Shown piece by piece: positions 9,181 to 18,589 of a DNA stretch of 64,000 bases (position 1 is its first letter; each line of letters starts with the position of its first letter). The stretch spans positions 25,948 through 89,947 of the forward strand of contig DCHO01000044.1 of assembly GCA_002315655.1 (NCBI GenBank), given 5' to 3'. Source of the stretch: Christensenella sp. UBA1750 (GTDB lineage Bacteria; Bacillota; Clostridia; Christensenellales; UBA1750). Under the pieces are notes generated by a model that was given only the letters and a program-made list of their open reading frames with translations, ran no database searches and was not told where the DNA came from. The position numbers and the translations under genes are program-made.

Positions 9181-10209
9181 ATGATTCGTATTGCTGTGGA
9201 TGCCTACGGCGGCGACAACGCTCCGCTGTCCGTCGTACAGGGCGCGGTGGATGCCGTAAATGAGATCAAAGATTTGTCCGTCACGCTCTTTGGCAGGGAG
9301 GAAGAATTAAACGGCCTGCTTGCCGACAAGACTTACGATAAAGAACGGCTGTTCATTGTTCATGCGCCCGATGAGATCACCAATCATGACCATCCCACCA
9401 TGGCCATCCGCAGAAAGCCGGATTCCTCCATGGTGAAGGCCTTGGATTCCGTGAAAAAGGGCGAGTGTGACGGCATGGTCACCTCCGGCAGCACCGGCGC
9501 ATTTTTAGCCGGCGGCATTTTCCGGGTGGGGCGCATCCGCGGCATTGACCGCCCCGCGCTGGCTCCCGTGATGCCGACTGCCAAAGGATCCCCCGTGATC
9601 TTGGTGGATTCCGGCGCGAACGCCGACTGCAAGCCCGAATATCTGCCCCAATTTGCCCTGATGGGCACCGCGTATATGAAGGGTGTCATGGGTATTTCCG
9701 ATCCCAGGGTAGGGCTGCTCAACATCGGCGCGGAGGAGGAAAAGGGCAACGAGCTGTGCAAGAATGCGCATCCGCTGCTCAAAGAGACCAAAGGCATTGA
9801 TTTTGTCGGCAATGTGGAAGCCAGAGACGGTTTGGCAGGAGATGTGCAGGTGATCGTCTGTGACGGATTTTCCGGCAACGTGTTCTTGAAAGCCACCGAG
9901 GGCGCGGCGATGATGATCATGGGAATGTTAAAGCAGAACCTACTTTCGTCCCTGAAAAGCAAAATCGGTGCGCTGCTTGCCAAGGATGCCTTCAAAAAGG
10001 TCAAAAACAGCATGGATTCCGAGCAGTACGGCGGGGCTGTGCTGCTGGGCGTGAACGGGGCACTCATCAAGGCGCACGGCTCGTCCAAGGCCAAAGGCAT
10101 TGCCAGTGCCATTGCTCAGGCTTATACCATGGTTCAAAATGATGTGTTAAGTTCTATCCGGCGCGAGCTGGAAGCACAGGAAATAAAGGAGGATACCCCC
10201 AATGTTTGA
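9181..10209 (+). CDS. plsX: Phosphate acyltransferase PlsX
   Basis: The N-terminus MIRIAVDAYGGDNAP is canonical for PlsX, and acpP lies downstream. Confidence 0.95.
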   Translation: MIRIAVDAYGGDNAPLSVVQGAVDAVNEIKDLSVTLFGREEELNGLLADKTYDKERLFIVHAPDEITNHDHPTMAIRRKPDSSMVKALDSVKKGECDGMVTSGSTGAFLAGGIFRVGRIRGIDRPALAPVMPTAKGSPVILVDSGANADCKPEYLPQFALMGTAYMKGVMGISDPRVGLLNIGAEEEKGNELCKNAHPLLKETKGIDFVGNVEARDGLAGDVQVIVCDGFSGNVFLKATEGAAMMIMGMLKQNLLSSLKSKIGALLAKDAFKKVKNSMDSEQYGGAVLLGVNGALIKAHGSSKAKGIASAIAQAYTMVQNDVLSSIRRELEAQEIKEDTPNV

Positions 10210-10429
10210 AAAGATTGCTGCCCTGATCGCAGAACAGCTCGGCTTGGATGCCGCTGAGATCAAGCCCGAAACCCGCCTTGTGGAAGATTTGAAGGCCGAT
10301 TCCCTCGATATTGTCGCCATGGTCATGGAGATGGAAAGCCAGTTCGGCGTTGAAATTCCCGATGATGAGCTGGCGAATCTGAAAACCGTCGGTGACGCCG
10401 TGGCTTATGTGGAAAAGCTGAAAAAGTAA
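10202..10429 (+). CDS. acpP: Acyl carrier protein
   Basis: It is 75 aa with the DSLD phosphopantetheine attachment motif (LKADSLDIVAMVMEME). Confidence 0.95.
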   Translation: MFEKIAALIAEQLGLDAAEIKPETRLVEDLKADSLDIVAMVMEMESQFGVEIPDDELANLKTVGDAVAYVEKLKK

Positions 10430-10446
10430 TCCGAAAAACGATATTT

Positions 10447-10480
10447 TGCGCACTGAAAGGAATTTTCTTTTCAGTGCGCA
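10447..10480 (+). promoter_or_regulatory. Perfect 12-bp hairpin between acpP and rnc (terminator-like but lacking a T tail)
   Basis: TGCGCACTGAAA (10447-10458) pairs with TTTCAGTGCGCA (10469-10480). No U-run follows. Confidence 0.5.
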
Positions 10481-10533
10481 GGTATAAATGAGTCAGTTTG
10501 CTGAAAAATTGGCTGATTTATGGAAAGTGAAAG

Positions 10534-11196
10534 ATGAATATGTTTGAAACGCTTGAAAAAGACATCGGCTATGCCTTCAAGGACAAGTCGCTGCTGAAGC
10601 TCGCCATGACTCACCCCTCCTACGGCGGGGAAGCCCATGTGAACAACCAGCGGCTGGAATTTTTAGGCGATGCCGTTCTGCAGTTATGCACCTCCGTCCG
10701 GCTGTATCGGGAGTTTCCCGATCTGCAGGAGGGCAAGCTCTCCCGCAAGCGCGCCATGTGCGTGCAGGAAGGGGCGCTGGAGGTCGCGGCGCGGAAGCTG
10801 AATCTGGGAAAGCACCTGCTCATGGGCAAGGGCGAGGAACTGTCCGGCGGGCGGGAGCGTGCCTCCATTTTGGCGGACGCCTTTGAAGCGCTGCTGGGCG
10901 CGATGTTCTTAGACGGTGCCATTAAGGATGCCAACCGCGTCATTGAAACCTTTGTGCCCATTGCGGACGAGCCCCGGGTGCACGACTATAAGACCCAGTA
11001 TCAGGAGCTGTGCCAGCAGGTAACGGGGGAAACGCCCGTGTACCGCATCACCGGTGAGGAAGGCCCCGCCCATGACCGCACCTTTTTTGCCGAAGCGGTG
11101 CTTTCCGGCAGGGTGACGGGACGCGGATGCGGCAACAGCAAGAAGCACGCAGAGCAGCAGGCGGCGAAAGACGCCCTGGAAAAGCAAGGCCTGTGA
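10534..11196 (+). CDS. rnc: Ribonuclease III
   Basis: It has the RNase III signature NQRLEFLGDAVL and a C-terminal dsRBD-like region. Confidence 0.95.
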   Translation: MNMFETLEKDIGYAFKDKSLLKLAMTHPSYGGEAHVNNQRLEFLGDAVLQLCTSVRLYREFPDLQEGKLSRKRAMCVQEGALEVAARKLNLGKHLLMGKGEELSGGRERASILADAFEALLGAMFLDGAIKDANRVIETFVPIADEPRVHDYKTQYQELCQQVTGETPVYRITGEEGPAHDRTFFAEAVLSGRVTGRGCGNSKKHAEQQAAKDALEKQGL

Positions 11197-11215
11197 GATT
11201 TGGAGAGTTGGTAAG

Positions 11216-14200
11216 TTGCGATTAAAGAAGTTAGAAATATACGGGTTTAAGTCCTTCGCAGACCGCGTGACCATGACCTTTTCGGACGGCATCACGGGTG
11301 TTGTGGGACCCAACGGCAGCGGCAAGAGCAACATCGGCGACGCGGTGCGCTGGGTGTTGGGTGAGCAGAGCGCAAAGACGCTGCGCGGCGGAAAAATGGA
11401 GGACGTGATCTTCGGCGGCAGCGAAAAGCGCAAGCCCCAGGGCTATTGTGAGGTCTCCCTGACCTTCGACAACACCGACGGCACGCTGCCCATCGACTAT
11501 TCCGAGGTGATGATCACGCGCCGGGTCTATCGCTCCGGCGAATCGGAATATTCCATCAACAAAACGAATTGCCGCCTTAAAGACATTGTGGACTTGATGC
11601 GCGACACAGGCATCGGCCGTGAAGGTTATTCTCTGGTCGGGCAGGGGCGCATTGACGAGATTCTGTCCGTCAAGTCCGAGGAACGCAGAAGCGTTTTTGA
11701 GGAAGCGGCGGGCATTTCCAAGTTCAAGGCGCGGAAGACCGAGGCGGAACGGCGGCTGGACAACACCACGCAGAACATGGAGCGCGTGGAGGATATTCTG
11801 ACCGAGGTGGGCGCAAAACTGCCCTCTCTGGAAAAGCAGGCCGGGAACGCCCGGGAATACATGAAGCTGACGGGCGAACTGCGCGGACTTGAAATCAGCT
11901 CCTTCTGCGTGAACTTTGACAGGCTATCCGCCCAGCAGGAAAACGCCGAGCAGCAGATGGCGATCCTCAATGTGCAGGAGGAAAAGAATCAGGCACGCAA
12001 GGAGGCACTGTCCGCAGAATCCCGCGAAAAGGAAGAAGCGATTATTGCCTCCGACAGCCGCATTTCCGCGCTGCATGAGCGGATTTTGGAAAAGACCCGC
12101 GAGGCTGAGGTGCTGGAAGGCGATCTCAATCTGCACAAGGAGCGCATTTCCACCGCGAAAAAGGAAATTGCCCGTTTGCAGGAGGAAAACCGCCAGGCGA
12201 CCTTATCCGATGCGGAAATGCAGAAGAAAATCGCGGAAAATCAGGAAAAACAGGCAGCCTTGCAGAAAAGCATTGCGAAGCTGAACGAAGAAAACGAAGC
12301 ACTGGAAGCACAGACCGAAAGGGCTGCGCAGGAGGTCGCTGACAAGGAAGCGGCTCTGGAAACGGGCAAGGAAGCCATGATTCGCTCCCTAAACGCCCTA
12401 TCCGATGTGCGCTCTGCCACCGCCCGCATAACCGCCACCAAGGAAGCCATCGAAAAGCAGATGGAAAAGGTCGCACCGGCCATGGAACAGGCGAAAGATG
12501 CCTTGGACAAGGCGCAGGAGGAAGCAAAACAGGCGGAAAACGCCCTCATGCAGGAACAGGCAGAGCTTGGAAAAGTCAAGGAACTGCGGACGCAGGCGGC
12601 AGCGAAATTTGCCGCATTGCAGGCGGAAAACCAGCAGCTGAACGGGACAATGCAGCGGGCGTTGGGTGCCCAGCGGGAAGCCGCGTCACGGCTCAAAATG
12701 CTGGAACAGATGCAGCGCGATTACGAAGGCTACGGCGGCGCGGTGAAGGAAGTGCTGCGGCATTTCAGCGGAAACAGCGGGCTGCACGGCGTGGTTGCGG
12801 ACATTCTCTCCGTGCCAAAGGACTTTGAAAAGGCCGTGGAAATGGCGCTGGGCGGCGCGATGCAGAACATCGTCTGCTCCCGCGAGGAAGACGCCAAGGA
12901 AATGATCGACTATCTGCGGCAGAACCGCTACGGCCGTGCCACCTTCCTGCCCATGACCTCCGTGCGCGGGCGTGTGCTGAACAGCTTTGAGCGGCAGGTG
13001 CTCTCTATGGACGGGTGCATGGGGCTGGCCTCCGAGCTTGTGTCCTTTGACCCGAAATATAAGGAGATCGTGGAAAATCTGCTGGGCAGAACGGTGATCG
13101 CAAAGGACTTAAACGCCGGTATCGCCATCATGCGGGCGGGAAAGCACGCCTTCCGACTGGTTACGTTGGAGGGCGACGTGATGCACTCCGGCGGCTCTAT
13201 GACCGGCGGCTCTACCGCGGCAAGAACCACCTCCATTCTGTCCAGAACCAGAGAAATCGAAGAACACAAAGCCGCCGTAAAGACCCTGACCGAAAAGGTC
13301 AGTCAGATTGAAAAGCGGTTTGAGAGCATAAAGATTGACCTTGCGAACGCCCAGAAAAACGTGGACGCGGCGGGGAACGAGGTGCACCAGCAGGACATTG
13401 CCGTGCTGCGCGAGCAGGAAAAACTGACCCGCGCCCGCGAAAAGGTGCAGGAAGCCATTGATAATCAGGAATATCTGTCCGCCCAGAAGGAACAGATGGA
13501 GACCGGCATCGCCCAGATCACGGAAGAACTGGCCGTCATGTCGGAAAAGACAGGCGCGGCGGAGCAGTATTCTACCACCTCCCAGGAGGACATCACCAAG
13601 GGTGCACAGGAAATTGCCCTGCTGCGGCGCGACTTGGACGAGCTGCGCGAAAAGCTGGCGGCGAGCAGAGCCGACGAGGGCGTGAAGCAGACCGAGCTGG
13701 AAGCACTGATCCGTGAGGAAAAACGGCTGAATGAGACCGGAGAGGAAGCGCAGAACGCCATTGCCATCCGCAAACGCGCCGAGGAAAGCCTTTCTCTGCG
13801 GCTTGCCGAGGACGAAGGCAGCATCGGCGGACTGCAAAGTCGCATCACGGAAAGCCGTGAAAATGTGCGGCAGGAAAACCAGACCTTACAGCAGGAAAAC
13901 GAGCAGCGCGAGAGCTTGCGCAGCCGTATTTCCAAGCTCTCCGAGGAGCTGGAAAATGTGCAGGAAGCCATGACAGCGGCGGCGGAAGACAAGCACCGTC
14001 TGGAAATGCTGCAAAACAAAACCGCAAACGAATTGAAGACCCTGCTGGACAGAATCTGGGAGCGGTACGAACTGACCCCCGAAACGGCGAGACCCTTCGT
14101 GCTGCCGGATTATCAGGAAAGCGTGTCCAGAAGCCGCATCGACCAACTCAACCGCGCCGTGCGGGCACTGGGGCCTGTCAACGTGGCGGCGCTGGACGAA

Positions 14201-14797
14201 TATGAGGAAACAAAGACCCGCTTTGACGAAATGAGCAAACAGCGGGATGACCTCAACAAAGCCAAGGTTGATCTGGAAAAAATTATTTCCGACCTGCAAA
14301 AGAATATGGAAGTCCGCTTTGCGGAGGAATTCTATAAGATCAACGAGCATTTTCAGCGCACCTTCAATCGGATGTTCGGCGGCGGCACGGCGAAATTGCA
14401 GTTGCAGGATGAAAAAGATGTGCTGAATTGCGGCATCGACATCATTGCCCAGCCTCCGGGAAAGAAATTGCAGTTGTTATCGCTACTTTCCGGCGGCGAG
14501 CGGGCACTGACCGCCATCGCCATCCTGTTTGCCATGCTGGAAATCCGCCCGTCGCCCTTCTGCATCTTGGATGAAATCGAAGCGGCGCTGGACGAGAGCA
14601 ACGTAGTGAACTTTGCCGAATATTTGAGAGAGTATTCCGAAAAGACCCAGTTTATCGTGGTTTCCCACAGAAAAGGCACCATCGAGCGGTGCGACTCCCT
14701 CTACGGTGTGGCCATGGAGGAAAAGGGCGTGTCGCGCATGGTTTCCGTGCTGTTGAGCGAGCTGGACAAGCATTTGGAGGAGAACGCAAATGAGTGA
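11216..14797 (+). CDS. smc: Chromosome segregation protein SMC
   Basis: It is 1193 aa with a TTG start. It has the N-terminal Walker A GPNGSGKSN, long coiled coils, a hinge, and the C-terminal LSGGE signature with Walker B FCILDEIEAALD. Confidence 0.95.
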   Translation: MRLKKLEIYGFKSFADRVTMTFSDGITGVVGPNGSGKSNIGDAVRWVLGEQSAKTLRGGKMEDVIFGGSEKRKPQGYCEVSLTFDNTDGTLPIDYSEVMITRRVYRSGESEYSINKTNCRLKDIVDLMRDTGIGREGYSLVGQGRIDEILSVKSEERRSVFEEAAGISKFKARKTEAERRLDNTTQNMERVEDILTEVGAKLPSLEKQAGNAREYMKLTGELRGLEISSFCVNFDRLSAQQENAEQQMAILNVQEEKNQARKEALSAESREKEEAIIASDSRISALHERILEKTREAEVLEGDLNLHKERISTAKKEIARLQEENRQATLSDAEMQKKIAENQEKQAALQKSIAKLNEENEALEAQTERAAQEVADKEAALETGKEAMIRSLNALSDVRSATARITATKEAIEKQMEKVAPAMEQAKDALDKAQEEAKQAENALMQEQAELGKVKELRTQAAAKFAALQAENQQLNGTMQRALGAQREAASRLKMLEQMQRDYEGYGGAVKEVLRHFSGNSGLHGVVADILSVPKDFEKAVEMALGGAMQNIVCSREEDAKEMIDYLRQNRYGRATFLPMTSVRGRVLNSFERQVLSMDGCMGLASELVSFDPKYKEIVENLLGRTVIAKDLNAGIAIMRAGKHAFRLVTLEGDVMHSGGSMTGGSTAARTTSILSRTREIEEHKAAVKTLTEKVSQIEKRFESIKIDLANAQKNVDAAGNEVHQQDIAVLREQEKLTRAREKVQEAIDNQEYLSAQKEQMETGIAQITEELAVMSEKTGAAEQYSTTSQEDITKGAQEIALLRRDLDELREKLAASRADEGVKQTELEALIREEKRLNETGEEAQNAIAIRKRAEESLSLRLAEDEGSIGGLQSRITESRENVRQENQTLQQENEQRESLRSRISKLSEELENVQEAMTAAAEDKHRLEMLQNKTANELKTLLDRIWERYELTPETARPFVLPDYQESVSRSRIDQLNRAVRALGPVNVAALDEYEETKTRFDEMSKQRDDLNKAKVDLEKIISDLQKNMEVRFAEEFYKINEHFQRTFNRMFGGGTAKLQLQDEKDVLNCGIDIIAQPPGKKLQLLSLLSGGERALTAIAILFAMLEIRPSPFCILDEIEAALDESNVVNFAEYLREYSEKTQFIVVSHRKGTIERCDSLYGVAMEEKGVSRMVSVLLSELDKHLEENANE

Positions 14798-15716
14798 AGT
14801 GAACGAGAAAAAGGAAAAGAAAGGCCTGTTTGCCCGACTGAAGGAGGGCATGAGCAAGACCAGAGAATCTATCACCCACGCCATTGACACATTGGCGGGC
14901 GTGTATAAGGAGCTGGACGACGATTTCTATGACGAGCTGGAAATGATCCTGATTTCCGCAGATGTGGGCGTTGCCACCACCGAAAAGATCATAGATAAGC
15001 TCAAAGAGGAAGTTCGCGCCCGCAGAGAGGGCAATCCCGAGAACGTCAAGGGGATTTTGAAGGAGATTGTGGCCGACATGATGCAGGCCGAGCCCTTCAA
15101 TCCCCAAAGCCCCACTGTGGTGCTGGTTGTCGGCGTAAACGGCGTTGGCAAAACCACTACCATCGGAAAACTGGGCTGCTACTATAAGGAGCAGGGCAAA
15201 AACGTGATTCTTGCCGCCGCCGATACCTTCCGCGCTGCCGCAACCGAGCAATTAACCATCTGGGCACAGCGGGCGGGTGTGCCCATCGTGGCGCACGGCG
15301 AGGGCGCAGACCCCGCCGCCGTGGTGTTCGACGCTGTGGCCTCCGCCAAGGCGAAAAAGGCTGATCTGCTCATCATTGATACCGCAGGGCGTCTGCACAA
15401 CAAGACGCATTTGATGGAGGAGCTGAAAAAGATCCGCCGCGTCATTGACCGCGACTTCCCCGAGGCCACCGTGCGCGTCTTTATGGTGTTGGACGGCACC
15501 ACGGGACAGAACGGCGTTTCCCAGGCGCGGGTCTTCCGGGATGCCGTGGATGTGGACGGCATCATCTTGACCAAGCTGGACGGCACCGCCAAGGGCGGCG
15601 TGGTCATCTCCATTCAGGAGGAACTGAAACTGCCCGTGTACTTCATCGGTGTGGGCGAACAGAAGGAAGATTTGCAGGTGTTTGATCCAAAGGACTATGC
15701 CGAAGCGATTTTCTGA
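14790..15716 (+). CDS. ftsY: Signal recognition particle receptor FtsY
   Basis: It has the NG domain motifs GVNGVGKTTTIGKL, DTAGRL and TKLDGTAKGG. It overlaps smc by 8 nt. Confidence 0.95.
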   Translation: MSEVNEKKEKKGLFARLKEGMSKTRESITHAIDTLAGVYKELDDDFYDELEMILISADVGVATTEKIIDKLKEEVRARREGNPENVKGILKEIVADMMQAEPFNPQSPTVVLVVGVNGVGKTTTIGKLGCYYKEQGKNVILAAADTFRAAATEQLTIWAQRAGVPIVAHGEGADPAAVVFDAVASAKAKKADLLIIDTAGRLHNKTHLMEELKKIRRVIDRDFPEATVRVFMVLDGTTGQNGVSQARVFRDAVDVDGIILTKLDGTAKGGVVISIQEELKLPVYFIGVGEQKEDLQVFDPKDYAEAIF

Positions 15717-15734
15717 CGATTCGGAGAGCAGAAA

Positions 15735-15974
15735 ATGGAATACACAAACGTGATTTCTGCGGAAGAATACATGAATTTGCGCAAAAGCGTCGGCTGGACG
15801 GAGTTTCCCTTGGAACAGGCGCAACAGGGTATTGACCACACCTATTTCCTCGTTTGCGCCCGCGAGGGCGGCAGGGTGGTCGGCTGCGTCCGGCTTTGCG
15901 GAGCGTCCGAACTATTACGCCGGGGCGGGCATGGAGATCAAATTCATCGGAGAATAGGAAGGAACTTCCCATGA
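15735..15974 (+). pseudogene. GNAT acetyltransferase remnant (internal deletion/frameshift)
   Basis: The N-terminal ~55 aa (MEYTNVISAEEYMNLRKSVGWTEF...VVGCVRL) look like a small GNAT. The acetyl-CoA-binding core is missing. A GNAT-like C-terminal tail (FAERPNYYAGAGMEIKF) appears only in another frame, stopping at 15955-15957. Confidence 0.5.
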
Positions 15975-18124
15975 ATCGGAGAGAAGCGCTGAAAATTCTG
16001 GCCTCAGAGCCGGTGTTCTGGTCACGGATGGGTTTCGGCTACGACCCGCCGCGGCTCAAGGACGGAAAGCCCATCATTTTCAATGAGAATTACGCAGAAT
16101 ACCGGCGGGTGCATGACGATTTCGGCAAAGCCGGCATCCGCATCCACACCTGCATCCTGTTCTCCGGATGGGTGGGCGTGGATAAGTACGACTATTCCGC
16201 CACGGACAGATGCTTGGACGAGCTGTTGGGCGGAAACGATTGGCTCTTTATCCCGCGTATCAAGCTCAATGTGCCGCCGGACTGGTGCAAGGTGCACCCC
16301 GAGGAGGTTTTCGTTTATTGCAACGGTCCCCGCAAAGCCGAGGACATTGCCGCGTTGGTGAACACGGACAAGCACGACTGGTTCGGCTTCGAGTCGCCCG
16401 ACGGCTACCCCGTCAACGGCGGCACGGGCTTTACAGATGACCGTCCAAATGTGGGCGGTGTGATCGGCTTGCAGAGCTTTTCCTCCGAGGTTTGGCTGCA
16501 CGATGCGGGAATCGCGCTGGAAAAGCTCATGGAGCATCTGGAAAATGGGAAGTACGGCGACAGGATCATGGGCTACCATGTAGCCTGGGGCTGCTGCGGC
16601 GAAACGACCCAGTGGGGAGCATGGCGACCCTCAAACGAAAATTATCGCGGGGATTACGGCATTTCGCACCTTGCGGACTTCCGCAGATGGGCAATCGAAA
16701 AGTACGGCAGTGAAAAAGAGGCGCTTGCTTCGTGGAAGCTGTCGGAGGACACCGATTTTGCGCATTTGGAGCCGCCCTGCCCCAATGACCGCGAACGCAC
16801 AGGGCATGATCTGGCAGGGGATTACTATTCGGATTGCGCCCTCATGCCCGACTACAACGCCTTTCTTTCCGAGAAAAATGCCGATGCTGTGGAAGCCCTG
16901 TGCAGACTGGTACACGAAAAGTCCGGCAAGCTGGCGGGTGCGTTTTACGGCTACATGATGGTACCCCAGTGCGCTTATTCCGGGCATCTGGCATTGGAGC
17001 GGATTCTCAACTCGCCCCATGTGGACTTCCTCTGCTCGCCCAAGTCCTACGACTGGCACACCGTCGGCGAACCGGGCGGCGAACAGTGCCCATCCCGCTC
17101 CTACAACCGCAAAAAGCTGTGGCTGGACGAGGTGGACAACCGCACGCACTTGGAGCGGCGCGGCACGAACGACATGACGCACAACATGGAAGAAACCTTG
17201 ACGGTGTTGTGGCGCGAGTGCATGAAAAACCTGACCGGCAACCAGAATTTCTGGTGGATGGACTTAGGCGAGGGCTGGTTTGATGACCCGGAGATCATGG
17301 CAAACATCAAAACCATGTTTGAGGTGCAGAAAAAGGTCAATGAAACGCCGCATCGTTCGGTTTCCGAGGTGCTTCTGGTGGTGGACGAAGATTCTCTGCT
17401 GCGCAGCAAGGTTTCTGTTGGATTAACCGAAGCTCTGCGCAAGCGCTTTGACCGGGAAGCCAAATTGACGGGCGCGCCGGTGGATATGTTCCGCCTCCGC
17501 GACCTTACGGCCATGGATTTGTCGCAATACAAGGTCATTTGCTTCATAGACACAGCCTATCTCCCGGATGCGCTCTGGGAAAAGATTCGCCCCCGGATGA
17601 GGAAAAACGCAACGATTGTGTGGAACTATTGCTGCGGCGTGCTGAACCCGGAATACGATCTGTCACACGGAAAGAAGATCACGGGCTTTGCCGTGCGGGA
17701 AGCGGAAGTCCACAGCAGCTTCCTTTACGACAACATTCACCGCGACTTCACGCCGTTGCGCATCGAGGCGGAAACGGGCGTGACTGCGGTGCTGAAAGAC
17801 GAGAACGGTATCGTGCTGGGCAAAAAGGCGGAGGAGACCGGCATTTCCTACTATGCCGCCGAACCCGTACTGACCTATAATCTCCTGCATGACATTTTCG
17901 CGGAAAGTAATGTGCATTTCTATGCGGACGCGCCCTGTGCCGTCTATGCGGACAATCGCCTGCTGTCGCTGTTCTCCCACTTTTCTGCCGTGGAGGGCGA
18001 AATCACCCTGCCGGAGAAAATGACCCTGCGAAACCTGAAAACAGGGGAGGTATGGGAAAACGTGGACGTTCTGCCCGTTTCCCTGCCCGAAAAGCGCATG
18101 GAATTGTATGAAATCCTACGTTAA
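15971..18124 (+). CDS. Putative GH42-like TIM-barrel glycoside hydrolase (beta-galactosidase-like architecture)
   Basis: I place the start at ATG 15971 (MNRREALKIL...) after an AGGAAGG RBS. Three segments parallel GH42 in order: KAGIRIHTCILFSGWVGVDKYDYSATDRCLDELL (cf. the GH42 KEAG..IFSW...YDF..LD segment), FRRWAIEKYGSEKEALASWKL (cf. the GH42 FR.WL..YGT..ALN.AW segment), and a C-terminal alpha/beta domain. The family assignment is tentative. Confidence 0.5.
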   Translation: MNRREALKILASEPVFWSRMGFGYDPPRLKDGKPIIFNENYAEYRRVHDDFGKAGIRIHTCILFSGWVGVDKYDYSATDRCLDELLGGNDWLFIPRIKLNVPPDWCKVHPEEVFVYCNGPRKAEDIAALVNTDKHDWFGFESPDGYPVNGGTGFTDDRPNVGGVIGLQSFSSEVWLHDAGIALEKLMEHLENGKYGDRIMGYHVAWGCCGETTQWGAWRPSNENYRGDYGISHLADFRRWAIEKYGSEKEALASWKLSEDTDFAHLEPPCPNDRERTGHDLAGDYYSDCALMPDYNAFLSEKNADAVEALCRLVHEKSGKLAGAFYGYMMVPQCAYSGHLALERILNSPHVDFLCSPKSYDWHTVGEPGGEQCPSRSYNRKKLWLDEVDNRTHLERRGTNDMTHNMEETLTVLWRECMKNLTGNQNFWWMDLGEGWFDDPEIMANIKTMFEVQKKVNETPHRSVSEVLLVVDEDSLLRSKVSVGLTEALRKRFDREAKLTGAPVDMFRLRDLTAMDLSQYKVICFIDTAYLPDALWEKIRPRMRKNATIVWNYCCGVLNPEYDLSHGKKITGFAVREAEVHSSFLYDNIHRDFTPLRIEAETGVTAVLKDENGIVLGKKAEETGISYYAAEPVLTYNLLHDIFAESNVHFYADAPCAVYADNRLLSLFSHFSAVEGEITLPEKMTLRNLKTGEVWENVDVLPVSLPEKRMELYEILR

Positions 18125-18160
18125 GATTCTGAAAAAATGCAAACTGTAAAGGCAAAGAGC

Positions 18161-18189
18161 TTGACATTTCAAGGGCGACATTGTATAAT
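18161..18189 (+). promoter_or_regulatory. Consensus sigma-A promoter for ylxM-ffh, embedded in nested palindromes
   Basis: TTGACA (18161-18166), a 17-nt spacer and TATAAT (18184-18189) are present. The 11-bp inverted repeat AGAGCTTGACA (18156-18166) / TGTCAAGCTCT (18198-18208) brackets the promoter. Confidence 0.65.
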
Positions 18190-18247
18190 GTCCGAGGTGT
18201 CAAGCTCTGCTGCTTGATAGGGAAGGTCTGCAAAGGAGGAAAGGCGC

Positions 18248-18589
18248 ATGGAACCGGGAAAAAACGCGGAGATTGCCATGCTGCTGGACTTCTACGGGCC
18301 GCTGCTCACCGAGAAGCAGCGGGAAATGCTCAAATGCCGCGTGGAGGAAGACCTGACCTTGGGCGAGATTGCGGAAAGCTTTTCCGTGTCCCGGCAGGCG
18401 GTCAATGACGCTCTCAAAAAGGCGGAAAAGACCTTGCTGGAAATGGAAGAGAAGCTGCATCTGGTACAGCGGTACAGAACCCTGCACGAGGAGGTCGGAA
18501 AGGCGTATGAAGCCTTGGAGACCGGCGACAGCATGAGCGCGGCACAAATACTGAAAACCATGAGGGAGGAGGGCTTCTATGGCGTTTGA
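18248..18589 (+). CDS. ylxM: YlxM/UPF0122 putative DNA-binding protein (upstream partner of ffh)
   Basis: It has an HTH-like segment LTLGEIAESFSVSRQAVNDALKKAEK and the conserved position immediately upstream of, and overlapping, ffh. Confidence 0.85.
   Translation: MEPGKNAEIAMLLDFYGPLLTEKQREMLKCRVEEDLTLGEIAESFSVSRQAVNDALKKAEKTLLEMEEKLHLVQRYRTLHEEVGKAYEALETGDSMSAAQILKTMREEGFYGV

Noticed and set aside
15854-15970. The N-terminal extension of the GH42-like ORF (ORF track start 15854).
   Set aside because: The extension is Arg-rich (MRPRGRQGGRLRPALRS...), overlaps the GNAT remnant and lacks an RBS. ATG 15971 has an AGGAAGG RBS and begins a plausible N-terminus.
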